Shown here one piece after another: positions 8,673-17,223 of a stretch of 64,000 nucleotides of DNA (its first letter is position 1; every line of letters starts with the position of its first letter). A program made the position numbers and the translations under genes. The stretch covers positions 280,584 to 344,583 of the forward strand of contig JBAXKC010000001.1 in NCBI GenBank assembly GCA_037137535.1. The letters are read 5' to 3'. Source of the stretch: a bacterium. Lineage in GTDB: Bacteria; Cyanobacteriota; Vampirovibrionia; Gastranaerophilales; JBAXKC01. Below the pieces are notes generated by a model. It saw only the letters and a program-made list of their open reading frames with translations, searched no databases and was not told the origin of the DNA.

Positions 8673-10376
8673 TTAATCGGAAATTATTTCTGACAATAAA
8701 GAATATTTTTTTCCTTTATTTACTATCTTAAACTTAATATTTTTAGCAGTATCTTCAAGATTTTCTGTCTTTATAATTATTACGGAATTGACAGTTAAAT
8801 CTCTTTTTAATCTTTGATAATCGCAAGTTTTTATAAAATCAACTTGTTTTTCATAATAAAAAAGAGTGCTTGGTCTAACCCCAAAATCAAAAGTTATAAG
8901 TTTTTTATTATACTGTTTTGCAAACTTTGCATAACTTACAAGTTCATTCTCACCACCATTATAAATCATAGGAATTACATAATTTATTGAAATTAATAGA
9001 ATCCCGACCATAAATAAAAGCTGTGATGTGAATAAAAGAACTTTTTTATTAAAACGAATGAATATAAAGTTTGCAATAGCTGTAATAAGTGCTAATGCAA
9101 TAGTATAAGTTTTTAGAGGAGCTGAAAGAAATACAATTCCTTTATTATTAAGCACAGGCACTATAAAAATTGCAGCAACTCCTGCTAATAAAAGAATTAC
9201 GCTAAAAATACCTGTTGATATTTTAATTCCACTATTATTTTTGCCATTTTCAATAAATTGATACCAATAATAACCTGTTAATAAAGCTGCCGCAGGATAT
9301 AGAGGCAAGATATAAGTTGCAAGTTTTGTGCTTGATGCGCTGAAGAATAACATTACTAAAGCAAAATAACAAATCATAAGAACTAATAATTTTTCGGTTC
9401 TTTTTTCTTCGTTTACTGCAAAAATATCTTTTAATTTTGTATATAAGCTCAAAATATTATCTTTGGTGAGATGTTTAATTCCATTAATTGTACTAGCTAA
9501 AAAAGAACAAATCCATGGAAAAAATCCAACTGCAAAGACAGGAAGAAAGAAGTAAAGAGGAGCCTGTCTTCCTATTCCTTTTGAATCAATAAATCTTGAA
9601 AAATGCTGTTTTATTATATAATCATTAACAAAAGCCATTCCGTTTTTATGGAATATTGCTAAATGCCATGGAAGAGAAATTGTAAAAAATATGACAAAAC
9701 CAGGTAAAATATTTTCCGGCTTAAACATTTTTTTAAGATTACCAGTAATTGTAGCGACAAAACCCATAACCGCAAAAGGTAAAATCAATCCCGGTAGGCC
9801 TTTAGCTAAAACAGCCAAAGCACTAAAAAAATAAGCTGCCCACCAATAATACTTCTGATTTGACTCTTTGCAAAAATAAGTTAAAAATCCCGAATAAATT
9901 GAAGACATGATAAATGTAGAAAGAATCATATCAATTATTGCGACTCTTGCTAAAACCAAAAATTGTATACACGAAAGTAAAATCAACGCACTAATTAAAC
10001 CAAATACTCTTGATATAGTCTTTTTACCGAAGTAATAAGTATAAAACACTGCAAAGCTGGCTGTTAAAGCAATTGGAAATCTCGCAGTAAATTCCGAAAT
10101 TTTACCAAATAACATATAAGAAGAAGCAAGCATCCAAAAATACAAAGGTGGTTTTTCATAAAAAATATTAAAATTAAGATGCATTGTTATCCAGTCGGAT
10201 TTCTGCAATATTTCCCTTGCCATATCTGCATATCTTGTCTCATCAACGTCAATTAAAGGGTTTAATCCTAATTGATGAAATAGAAAAATATAACAAAAAA
10301 CAAAAAGACATAGGCAAGACATAATTTCTGCGTGCTTTTTGCAAAATATTATTAAACTATTTATTGTATTTTTCAA
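8673..10376 (-). CDS. ArnT/PMT-family (GT-C) membrane glycosyltransferase
   Basis: DVDETRYADMAREI, YEKPPLYFW, LAKG, STKLATYILP motifs; many TMs. Confidence 0.9.
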   Translation of the reverse strand: MKNTINSLIIFCKKHAEIMSCLCLFVFCYIFLFHQLGLNPLIDVDETRYADMAREILQKSDWITMHLNFNIFYEKPPLYFWMLASSYMLFGKISEFTARFPIALTASFAVFYTYYFGKKTISRVFGLISALILLSCIQFLVLARVAIIDMILSTFIMSSIYSGFLTYFCKESNQKYYWWAAYFFSALAVLAKGLPGLILPFAVMGFVATITGNLKKMFKPENILPGFVIFFTISLPWHLAIFHKNGMAFVNDYIIKQHFSRFIDSKGIGRQAPLYFFLPVFAVGFFPWICSFLASTINGIKHLTKDNILSLYTKLKDIFAVNEEKRTEKLLVLMICYFALVMLFFSASSTKLATYILPLYPAAALLTGYYWYQFIENGKNNSGIKISTGIFSVILLLAGVAAIFIVPVLNNKGIVFLSAPLKTYTIALALITAIANFIFIRFNKKVLLFTSQLLFMVGILLISINYVIPMIYNGGENELVSYAKFAKQYNKKLITFDFGVRPSTLFYYEKQVDFIKTCDYQRLKRDLTVNSVIIIKTENLEDTAKNIKFKIVNKGKKYSLLSEIISD

Positions 10377-10526
10377 AACGGTACTTCCTCCGAAAATATA
10401 ATTTATTGGCTTTTTTAAGTATAATTTAAGAAACTATATTAAATTATACTTAAAAAGAGCTTAGTTCTTTAGTAAAAAAAGTTTAAGTAAATTAATTGTT
10501 ATAAGTTAAAATCACGAGGAAGTAAC

Positions 10527-10913
10527 TTGAAAAAAATTTTATCTCAATATTACAGATATATAATTGCAGGTTTTTTAGTTGTAGCTATAGACTTCGTTAT
10601 TTTGGCTTTTTTGACAGATTTTATTCATGTATATTACTTAATATCGGCTTGTTGTGCTTATATATTTGCCTCTGTAATTCATTATTTCATAAGTACAAAT
10701 TATATTTTTGACGAAAGCTCCATAAAAAATAAATACCATGAATTTTTAATATTTTTCGGCCTGGGGGCTATAGGATTAATATTATTTGAAATACTTATGT
10801 ATCTTTTCACAGATTATTTGGGCATCTATTATCTTGCTTCAAAAATAATAGTTTCAGGAATTATGTTTACTTTTAATTTTGCAACAAGAAAATTAATTTT
10901 ATTCCGAAATTAA
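10527..10913 (+). CDS. GtrA-family lipid-linked sugar translocase
   Basis: 128 aa, four TMs, ends FNFATRKLILF. Confidence 0.88.
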   Translation: MKKILSQYYRYIIAGFLVVAIDFVILAFLTDFIHVYYLISACCAYIFASVIHYFISTNYIFDESSIKNKYHEFLIFFGLGAIGLILFEILMYLFTDYLGIYYLASKIIVSGIMFTFNFATRKLILFRN

Positions 10914-10916
10914 GCA

Positions 10917-10942
10917 AAAAAAAACCGCCTACTCTAGGCGGT
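10917..10942 (-). terminator. Rho-independent terminator
   Basis: accgccta-ctc-taggcggt hairpin preceded by an A-run. Confidence 0.75.
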
Positions 10943-10975
10943 AAAGTGTGGGTCATATTGAATTAGTGTGAATGA

Positions 10976-11530
10976 TTACTTTGAACAGGTTGAACATTCT
11001 TTTGCTTTTGCAAAATCAAGCTCAGTTTGAGCAACATTGTTCAATAAATTTGTCAGAATATTCAATGTTACATTTCCAACGATTTCAAGAATTTCTTCTT
11101 GATCAAATCCCGCTTCTCTAGCATTAGCAAGATCAATGTCTTCAACTTTTCCTCTGGTTTCATAAACAGCGTTAGCAAGTTTTAAAGCAGCATCAGCCTT
11201 TGCGGATGAAGAAGCTCCTCTTCTGCTTAGCATAATTTCTTCTTCAGAAAGACCTGTTTTACTTGCAATTAAAGAATGAGCGGCTAAACAATATTCGCAG
11301 CTGTTTCTTTGTGCAATATATAATGCAATTCTTTCTGCAATTTTCGCATCTAATTTTCCATTAGACAGCGCACCGCTGAAGCTAAGGTAAGAATCAAGAA
11401 CAGCAGAGGAATTTGCCATCATTTTAAATACATTTGGAACACCGCCAAATTTTTGTTGAACTTTATTTAATAATTCTTTAGTTTCAGCTGAAACTTCATT
11501 TTGATTTAATAAATTTATACGATTACTCAT
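10976..11530 (-). CDS. Carboxymuconolactone decarboxylase / AhpD-like peroxidase-related protein
   Basis: ERIALYIAQRNSCEYCLAAH (E..CxxC..H) motif. Confidence 0.9.
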   Translation of the reverse strand: MSNRINLLNQNEVSAETKELLNKVQQKFGGVPNVFKMMANSSAVLDSYLSFSGALSNGKLDAKIAERIALYIAQRNSCEYCLAAHSLIASKTGLSEEEIMLSRRGASSSAKADAALKLANAVYETRGKVEDIDLANAREAGFDQEEILEIVGNVTLNILTNLLNNVAQTELDFAKAKECSTCSK

Positions 11531-11654
11531 TAATTGTCTCCTTTGAAAGTTAGTGACTAGTTTTTAACAAACTGTACCGATTAAGTATAGTTTACTAAAA
11601 CTTTTTTAATTTGTAAAGAGGTTTAATTCTTTTTTTATAAAAATTTTTAATCAA

Positions 11655-11697
11655 AATAAAAACACCTTTAATTGCATAAATTAAAGATGTTTTTATT
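11655..11697 (-). terminator. Probable terminator
   Basis: aataaaaacacctttaat / attaaagatgtttttatt near-perfect inverted repeat after the stop at 11718. Confidence 0.6.
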
Positions 11698-11717
11698 TTT
11701 AAGATATTAATGCTAAT

Positions 11718-11957
11718 TTATTTTTGAATGGCTAAAACTTCTTCTAGTCGTTCGTCCATATACTTGTAAGCATCCGCAATTCCTTGATTATAAAACTCGG
11801 GAGCAAGCTTTTCCGCAATAAATCCTAAAATAAGTTCGGCAGCTAAATCTCCCAAATCTTCTTCTCGTTCTTTAATAAAATAGTTTTTAATTTCATAAAG
11901 CATATATGCCTTTTTTTCAGCACTTAATTGTAATGCAGTAGAGTTTTTTCGAGCCAT
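11718..11957 (-). CDS. DUF2164 family protein
   Basis: YF..EREEDLGDLAAELIL.FI...LAP.FYNQGI.DA pattern. Confidence 0.85.
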   Translation of the reverse strand: MARKNSTALQLSAEKKAYMLYEIKNYFIKEREEDLGDLAAELILGFIAEKLAPEFYNQGIADAYKYMDERLEEVLAIQK

Positions 11958-12194
11958 TTATTGTAGTTCCTTTATTTTATGAAAAAATTATATACCTTTA
12001 ATAACCCAAAGTTATATAAAACACCATAAATAATATTATTTAGATTTGTCGCGAAGTAATAAAAAATCAGACACTCTCCAAGAAGCTAAAAGTGGAGAGA
12101 AGAGATTTAAACTACATTATGAAATTTGTTTACGAATTTTGACAATTTTTTGATAGACTAAATGTAAATTTACTTTTAAAATTTGAGGTAAATA

Positions 12195-13082
12195 ATGAAA
12201 AAATTGATATTTATTTTAGCTATATTTATATTTTTCTTTTCTGCATTTGCTTCAGCAAATAATTACTCCCTTCAAAAAAACCCTGATTTAAGACTAAAAG
12301 TAAAAACTGAACAAAATCAAGAAAAACTTACTGAATATAAAAAATACATTAACACCTTGCCAAAAAACAAAATTGAATCAATAACTAATGCAAAAAATAA
12401 ATATTTTCAGCTTTTTTCCGTAAGTGACAGCTTAAATTTAAAAGATAAAGCATTTTTTCTATTTCAAAAAAAATATATGGAAATTATTGACGATCAACAA
12501 AGCGCAATAGGTTTTATGGATGGATTACATATTTATAAAGAAATAAAAAAAGATTATTGTGATATTGATAAAAAACGTTTAAAACAAAAAGAAGATTATT
12601 ATAAACAATATGGATTAAAGTTAAATTATATTTATAAAGGGTATGTCCCAGATATAGATTATAATTATTTAATTAATCAATTTAAAACATATATTAGCCC
12701 ACAAATGAAGGAATATTTGAGCTTTTGTTTTAAAAATCCTAATTTAGATGTAATAGATGAAGGAGAAGTGCTAATTAATTGGGACAAATTACGTGAAAGA
12801 TTAATTTATTTAGAAAATTTTATCAATAAAAATCCTGATTTCGCAGCTAAAGATTTTGCAAAAGAATCATTAAATTGGTACTTAGATTTATACACAGGTG
12901 AAACAAGCTCTCTTTATTCTAATAATTTTGATACACAAGATTATATAAGAGATGATGCAAAGCACAGTTTTGAAATATTTATTAAACAAAATAAAAGTTC
13001 AAAATATTATTTAAGAATTTATAAAAAATACAATCAGTTGAAAAAATATAACTTTAATATTAGCAAATATAATCAATATTAA
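12195..13082 (+). CDS. Hypothetical exported protein
   Basis: MKK + hydrophobic stretch + AFA/ASA signal peptide; GAGG SD; very AT-rich. Confidence 0.7.
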   Translation: MKKLIFILAIFIFFFSAFASANNYSLQKNPDLRLKVKTEQNQEKLTEYKKYINTLPKNKIESITNAKNKYFQLFSVSDSLNLKDKAFFLFQKKYMEIIDDQQSAIGFMDGLHIYKEIKKDYCDIDKKRLKQKEDYYKQYGLKLNYIYKGYVPDIDYNYLINQFKTYISPQMKEYLSFCFKNPNLDVIDEGEVLINWDKLRERLIYLENFINKNPDFAAKDFAKESLNWYLDLYTGETSSLYSNNFDTQDYIRDDAKHSFEIFIKQNKSSKYYLRIYKKYNQLKKYNFNISKYNQY

Positions 13083-13100
13083 ATTATCCATATAATTCTA

Positions 13101-13121
13101 GTAGCAGGGTTTAAACCCTAC
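13101..13121. repeat. REP-like palindrome, copy 1
   Basis: gtagcagggtttaaaccctac (core GGGTTTAAACCC). Confidence 0.5.
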
Positions 13122-13312
13122 TAAACTTTTTCTACACAAAATAAATTAACATCAGCTTCTCTTGCTCTTAATTCAAATTCCCTACCTGAGCATTTATTTA
13201 TAAGGTCTAGCCAAATAAAGAACCCTGTTGGGTATCTTGCAAAAGAAAATCTTTTTAAATTTTCTTTTGCAAGTTCATATCTTTTAACAGCTTCTTTTCT
13301 TTTTTTGCAATG
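13121..13312 (-). pseudogene. C-terminal remnant of a MocR/PLP-dependent aminotransferase-family gene
   Basis: Manual translation HCKKRKEAVKRYELAKENLKRFSFARYPTGFFIWLDLINKCSGREFELRAREADVNLFCVEKV*, no start codon; P-x-GFFIWL-x-L...A-x-E-x-x-V pattern. Confidence 0.6.
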
Positions 13313-13333
13313 AAATTATTTATAGAACTAAAC

Positions 13334-13380
13334 TTGACATCATTTATAAAATGTTTTACTCTGGAGTGAATACTCGTTCC
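13334..13380 (+). promoter_or_regulatory. Promoter and operator of TetR gene
   Basis: TTGACA(13334)-N17-TACTCT(13357) followed by imperfect palindrome ggagtgaatactcgttcc. Confidence 0.6.
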
Positions 13381-13400
13381 AATAATTTGTACAGGTTTTT

Positions 13401-13961
13401 ATGAAGGATAAAAGAGAAAAAATTCTAAAAGCAGCCTTGGGTGTAATTTGCGAAGTCGGATTGCAATCTGCTTCAGTCTCTCAAATTGTAAAACGGGCTG
13501 ACGTTGGGATGGGGACATTATACAATTATTTCTCCAGTAAAGAAGAACTGGTTAGCGAGTTATACGAAGAGTTAATGAAAAATTTAGCGACTGCAACATA
13601 TAAAAATATTGACCCAAATCTTGACGCCAAAAATAAATTTAATAAAATATTCGCCAGTTTTATTGAATATTCTTTAAATCATCAACTCGAATTTCAATTT
13701 ATTGAGAACTATGCACATTCTCCATATATATCGAAAAAATCTTTAGATATTAAGGAAGAATTAATGAAATTTTTTGATGAATTTTTTATAGAAATTAAAA
13801 AATCGTTTGAAGTTAAAGATACAAAAAGCAGCTTTTATCTAAAATTTGTTTACGGAGCCTTATCAGGAGTCATTAAAGGTCATTTGCTGGGCTATTATAC
13901 ACTAACGGAAAAAGATATTAATATAGCCTTAAAATCTTGTTGGGATGCAATTTTAAAATAA
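13401..13961 (+). CDS. TetR/AcrR family transcriptional regulator
   Basis: ILKAA...IVKRADVGMGTLYNYFSSKEEL helix-turn-helix. Confidence 0.95.
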   Translation: MKDKREKILKAALGVICEVGLQSASVSQIVKRADVGMGTLYNYFSSKEELVSELYEELMKNLATATYKNIDPNLDAKNKFNKIFASFIEYSLNHQLEFQFIENYAHSPYISKKSLDIKEELMKFFDEFFIEIKKSFEVKDTKSSFYLKFVYGALSGVIKGHLLGYYTLTEKDINIALKSCWDAILK

Positions 13962-13979
13962 TTTTTTTTTATAAACCAC

Positions 13980-13997
13980 TGAATGAACATTCACTCA
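13980..13997 (+). promoter_or_regulatory. Second putative TetR operator
   Basis: tgaatgaacattcactca, imperfect palindrome whose reverse complement resembles 13363-13380. Confidence 0.55.
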
Positions 13998-14019
13998 AAT
14001 AATAAGGAGAAGAAATAAA

Positions 14020-14781
14020 ATGAAAACATTTTACTTTACTGGTACAGGAAACAGCTTATGCGTTGCAAAAAGAATCGGTGGAGAACTATATTCAATTCCT
14101 CAAATACTAAAGGAAGGAAAGTATAAATTTGAAGCTGATGTAATTGGTTTAGTTTTTCCGTGTTATGGCTTTGGACTGCCACGTATTGTCTTGGAATTTT
14201 TAAAACAGTCAAAATTAAAGGCTAACTTCTTTTTTGCAGTTATGACCTATGGAAATATATCAGCATCAGGACTGAAACACATAGAGGACACTGGAAGAGA
14301 AATGGGGATTCGGTTTAATTATACAAATGAAATACTAATGATTGATAATTATCTGCCTTTGTTTAAGATAGAAGACCAGCTTGAAAAAGAAAGCTCAAAA
14401 AAAATTGAAGAAAAACTGAACCAAATAATAAATGATATTAATAACAGACAAGAAAAGCAAATAAGAAAAGGAATTTTATCGAATTTTATTTCCCGTCCAG
14501 TCAATAACTTAACCATCAAACATCATTGTGATTTCGGAGATAAGGCGTTTAGTGTTAATAACAATTGCAATAGCTGCAAAATATGCGAGAAAGTTTGTCC
14601 TACAAATAATATTAAAGTTAGAGTGAAACCTGAATATATGCATAAATGCGAAAGTTGTTTTGCTTGCATTCACCATTGCCCACAAAACGCAATACATGTA
14701 AAATTTGAGAGAAGCAAAGCCAGATTTATTAATCAGAATGTGAACCTAAAAGAAATAATGGAGGCGAACAATCAATTATGA
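14020..14781 (+). CDS. EFR1-family flavodoxin-like / 4Fe-4S ferredoxin fusion
   Basis: FYFTGTGNS N-terminus; two CxxCxxCxxxCP motifs. Confidence 0.92.
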   Translation: MKTFYFTGTGNSLCVAKRIGGELYSIPQILKEGKYKFEADVIGLVFPCYGFGLPRIVLEFLKQSKLKANFFFAVMTYGNISASGLKHIEDTGREMGIRFNYTNEILMIDNYLPLFKIEDQLEKESSKKIEEKLNQIINDINNRQEKQIRKGILSNFISRPVNNLTIKHHCDFGDKAFSVNNNCNSCKICEKVCPTNNIKVRVKPEYMHKCESCFACIHHCPQNAIHVKFERSKARFINQNVNLKEIMEANNQL

Positions 14782-14872
14782 AAAGAATAAACACACAGTT
14801 TTTATTACAGGAGCAAACTGTGTCATCGGTTACGAATTAAGCAGATTATTTGTAAAAAAAATTTTGATTTAA
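14778..14872 (+). pseudogene. N-terminal remnant of a short-chain dehydrogenase (SDR)
   Basis: ATGA overlap with the upstream stop; shifted frame reads HTVFITGANCVIGYELSRLFVKK (degenerate TGxxxGIG), then stops. Confidence 0.6.
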
Positions 14873-14908
14873 ATCACTTTACAGAATGCCTAGATATATT
14901 ATTACTTG

Positions 14909-14950
14909 AGAGAATATTGGTGTGGGGTTAAACCCACACCAATATTCTCT
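14909..14950. repeat. 18-bp perfect hairpin (REP-like copy 2 / terminator)
   Basis: agagaatattggtgtggg-gttaaa-cccacaccaatattctct. Confidence 0.7.
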
Positions 14951-14970
14951 TTTAGGCTTGCCTATATTTT

Positions 14971-15279
14971 TTATTTATTGCTAGACTCTTCATATTCCTT
15001 GATAAAATCTTCCACCTGCTTAATTTGCTTTTCTTTTTTATCTATAACAGCTTGGGCAAATTGTTTTACGCCGTTGGTTTTTATCTTATTCATGTAGCTT
15101 TTAGATATTTTAAGCGTTTTTTTATCCTGTTTTAAAATTTTATTTACATATTCCAAATCATAATCAATTGCCTTTTTCTGCCCATAATCATATGGAGGTG
15201 CGGCATGAGATTGACTTGCAGCTATAAAAAGAATACTGAATGCAACTAATGCAGCTAACTTTGAATTTAATTTTTTCAT
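14971..15279 (-). CDS. Small exported helical protein (possibly DUF305-like)
   Basis: Signal peptide ending SHA; VKQFAQAVIDKKEKQIKQV resembles the DUF305 helix. Confidence 0.6.
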   Translation of the reverse strand: MKKLNSKLAALVAFSILFIAASQSHAAPPYDYGQKKAIDYDLEYVNKILKQDKKTLKISKSYMNKIKTNGVKQFAQAVIDKKEKQIKQVEDFIKEYEESSNK

Positions 15280-15363
15280 ATTAATAATCCTCTTTGTAAG
15301 TAACTTTAAACAAAATAAAAATCTCCGTTCTAACTAAAGAACAAATTTCACAGTTTCAAGTCT

Positions 15364-15750
15364 CTAAATTACGAGGATTACTGTTTTTAGAAAACTAAGT
15401 TGATTATATATTTTTTTATTACTATATATATTCCAATTTATTTTATTGTATTTTTCTTCAAAACTTACTCTAAATGAGGAAATTTGGCTCTTTCCAGCGA
15501 TAAGCCTAGATAAAGTATAATTCCTCAAAAGCTGTTGACATTGATTATGAACTATTTCTTGAGCAATACAATTGCATTTTGATTTGTCCGTTGAATAGTC
15601 CTTGCAGTGGCAAGACTCATTTTCGTATATATTTATGCCAACATGTTTAGAATCTTCAGCACCATAGCAAATACTTATTCCGCATAATATATATATACAT
15701 AAAAAAACACAAGCTATGCTTTTTTTTAAAATATTTAAATTTAGCTTCAT
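15364..15750 (-). CDS. Hypothetical Cys-containing protein with N-terminal TM
   Basis: ORF with hydrophobic N-terminus, CHC/CNC motifs, ends LKTVILVI. Confidence 0.55.
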   Translation of the reverse strand: MKLNLNILKKSIACVFLCIYILCGISICYGAEDSKHVGINIYENESCHCKDYSTDKSKCNCIAQEIVHNQCQQLLRNYTLSRLIAGKSQISSFRVSFEEKYNKINWNIYSNKKIYNQLSFLKTVILVI

Positions 15751-15826
15751 TTACTATGCACCCTAGTCTTTAATTTGAATTTTATTTTAAAGCATTATAA
15801 TTGTCAAATATGCTCTTAAAGAGTTA

Positions 15827-15850
15827 TAGTATGGTTTTAAACCCTACCTA
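15827..15850. repeat. REP-like palindrome, degenerate copy 3
   Basis: tagtatggttttaaaccctaccta; reverse complement gtagggtttaaaaccatacta resembles copy 1. Confidence 0.45.
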
Positions 15851-16990
15851 TGGGCTCTTTATGTTTAATAAAACTAAATTCTTAATATAATTATCTTGTG
15901 ACTTTTCAGCATATTTAACAGATTTTTCATCTATTTTTGCACCAGAATTTATAAGACATTCAACAATTTCTGCTTGCTTTGTTTTTATAGCATAAGTTAA
16001 AGCAGTCTTCCCCCAATATATTACATTAGGATCAGCACCTTTATTAATTAATAATTCTGCTATTTCAGACTGTTTATTAATAATAGCCCAAATTAATGGA
16101 TAAGTCCCCACCGATTTTTGATTAGGATTAGCACCGGCCTCAATTAACATTTCTGCTATTTCGGATTGTTTATTCTTAATTGCTAGGGTTAAAAAATATG
16201 GCCCCCAATCTTGTTGATTAGGATTAGCGCCTGCTTTTAATAAAACATCAACCATTCTAAGATTATTTGCTTTTATTGCCATTCCAAGTAATGAATTAAA
16301 ACCATAAGTGTCATTTGGATTCATTCCTGTTTTCATATAAGCTTCAACTAAATCAACATCATTATTTTGAACACAATTAACAATATCTATGTCTTTATAT
16401 TTGGCATGCTGATAATCGACGAGACTTTGATAATATTTATCATCTTTTACAATATTAGCAGCAGAGGACTTGATTGTTTTCAAATGATCATTAACTAAAA
16501 ACTGAAACGCCACAAGAGGATTTATGTATATCTTTGATAAAAATAATACTCTTGTCGTATCTTTGGCACCGATTAAATAATTAGACGGAAACGGCTGAAA
16601 TAATTTATCAAGAGCAATAACCTTTCCTTCTAGATAAGCAAATGATACCGCGTTTATAAGCAAATCATTTGGGCTATTATAAAACATAAGAGTTGATGTT
16701 GTCACCTTATTTATTCTATCAGGAGCCGTCATTTCTTTTAATATAATAGGCTTTCCAGTTTTGTTTGTTATTAGATACTCATATATAGCAGCCTTCTTAT
16801 CTTGAATCATTCCGAAGCCAGGCTCATATTTATTGCTAGTAATTTTTATGTTATTGTCTTCAAATTCAAGTACAGTATTACCAATTGCTGTATTTGATAT
16901 AGGTTTTTCATATGACTGAAAGCTACTTTGAGCGAAAGATGGGCTAGATAATACAACAACAGCAATAAAGACTAAAAATAATTTTTTCAT
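15848..16990 (-). CDS. Exported ankyrin-repeat protein
   Basis: Signal peptide (SFA|Q); about five repeats of L..AI.......V..LI..GA(N/D)PN. Confidence 0.88.
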   Translation of the reverse strand: MKKLFLVFIAVVVLSSPSFAQSSFQSYEKPISNTAIGNTVLEFEDNNIKITSNKYEPGFGMIQDKKAAIYEYLITNKTGKPIILKEMTAPDRINKVTTSTLMFYNSPNDLLINAVSFAYLEGKVIALDKLFQPFPSNYLIGAKDTTRVLFLSKIYINPLVAFQFLVNDHLKTIKSSAANIVKDDKYYQSLVDYQHAKYKDIDIVNCVQNNDVDLVEAYMKTGMNPNDTYGFNSLLGMAIKANNLRMVDVLLKAGANPNQQDWGPYFLTLAIKNKQSEIAEMLIEAGANPNQKSVGTYPLIWAIINKQSEIAELLINKGADPNVIYWGKTALTYAIKTKQAEIVECLINSGAKIDEKSVKYAEKSQDNYIKNLVLLNIKSP

Positions 16991-17087
16991 TAAACCCCCT
17001 TGAATAGGCTTTTAAAAACAGAATGAACCAAAATTGCAACAAAAAATCAGCCTCTATAAAATCGGCTGAAGTCTTACAAATAGAAAA

Positions 17088-17161
<74 letters not shown>

Positions 17162-17223
17162 GTATTTGAATTTCTATACAATTATACTAAAACAAATATT
17201 ATAAGAAATCAAATATTTTTTAT

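Noticed and set aside
12040-12153. Possible GIY-YIG nuclease remnant (TLQEAKSGEKRFK)
   Set aside because: Similarity is limited to a few residues and no GIY/YIG motif is present
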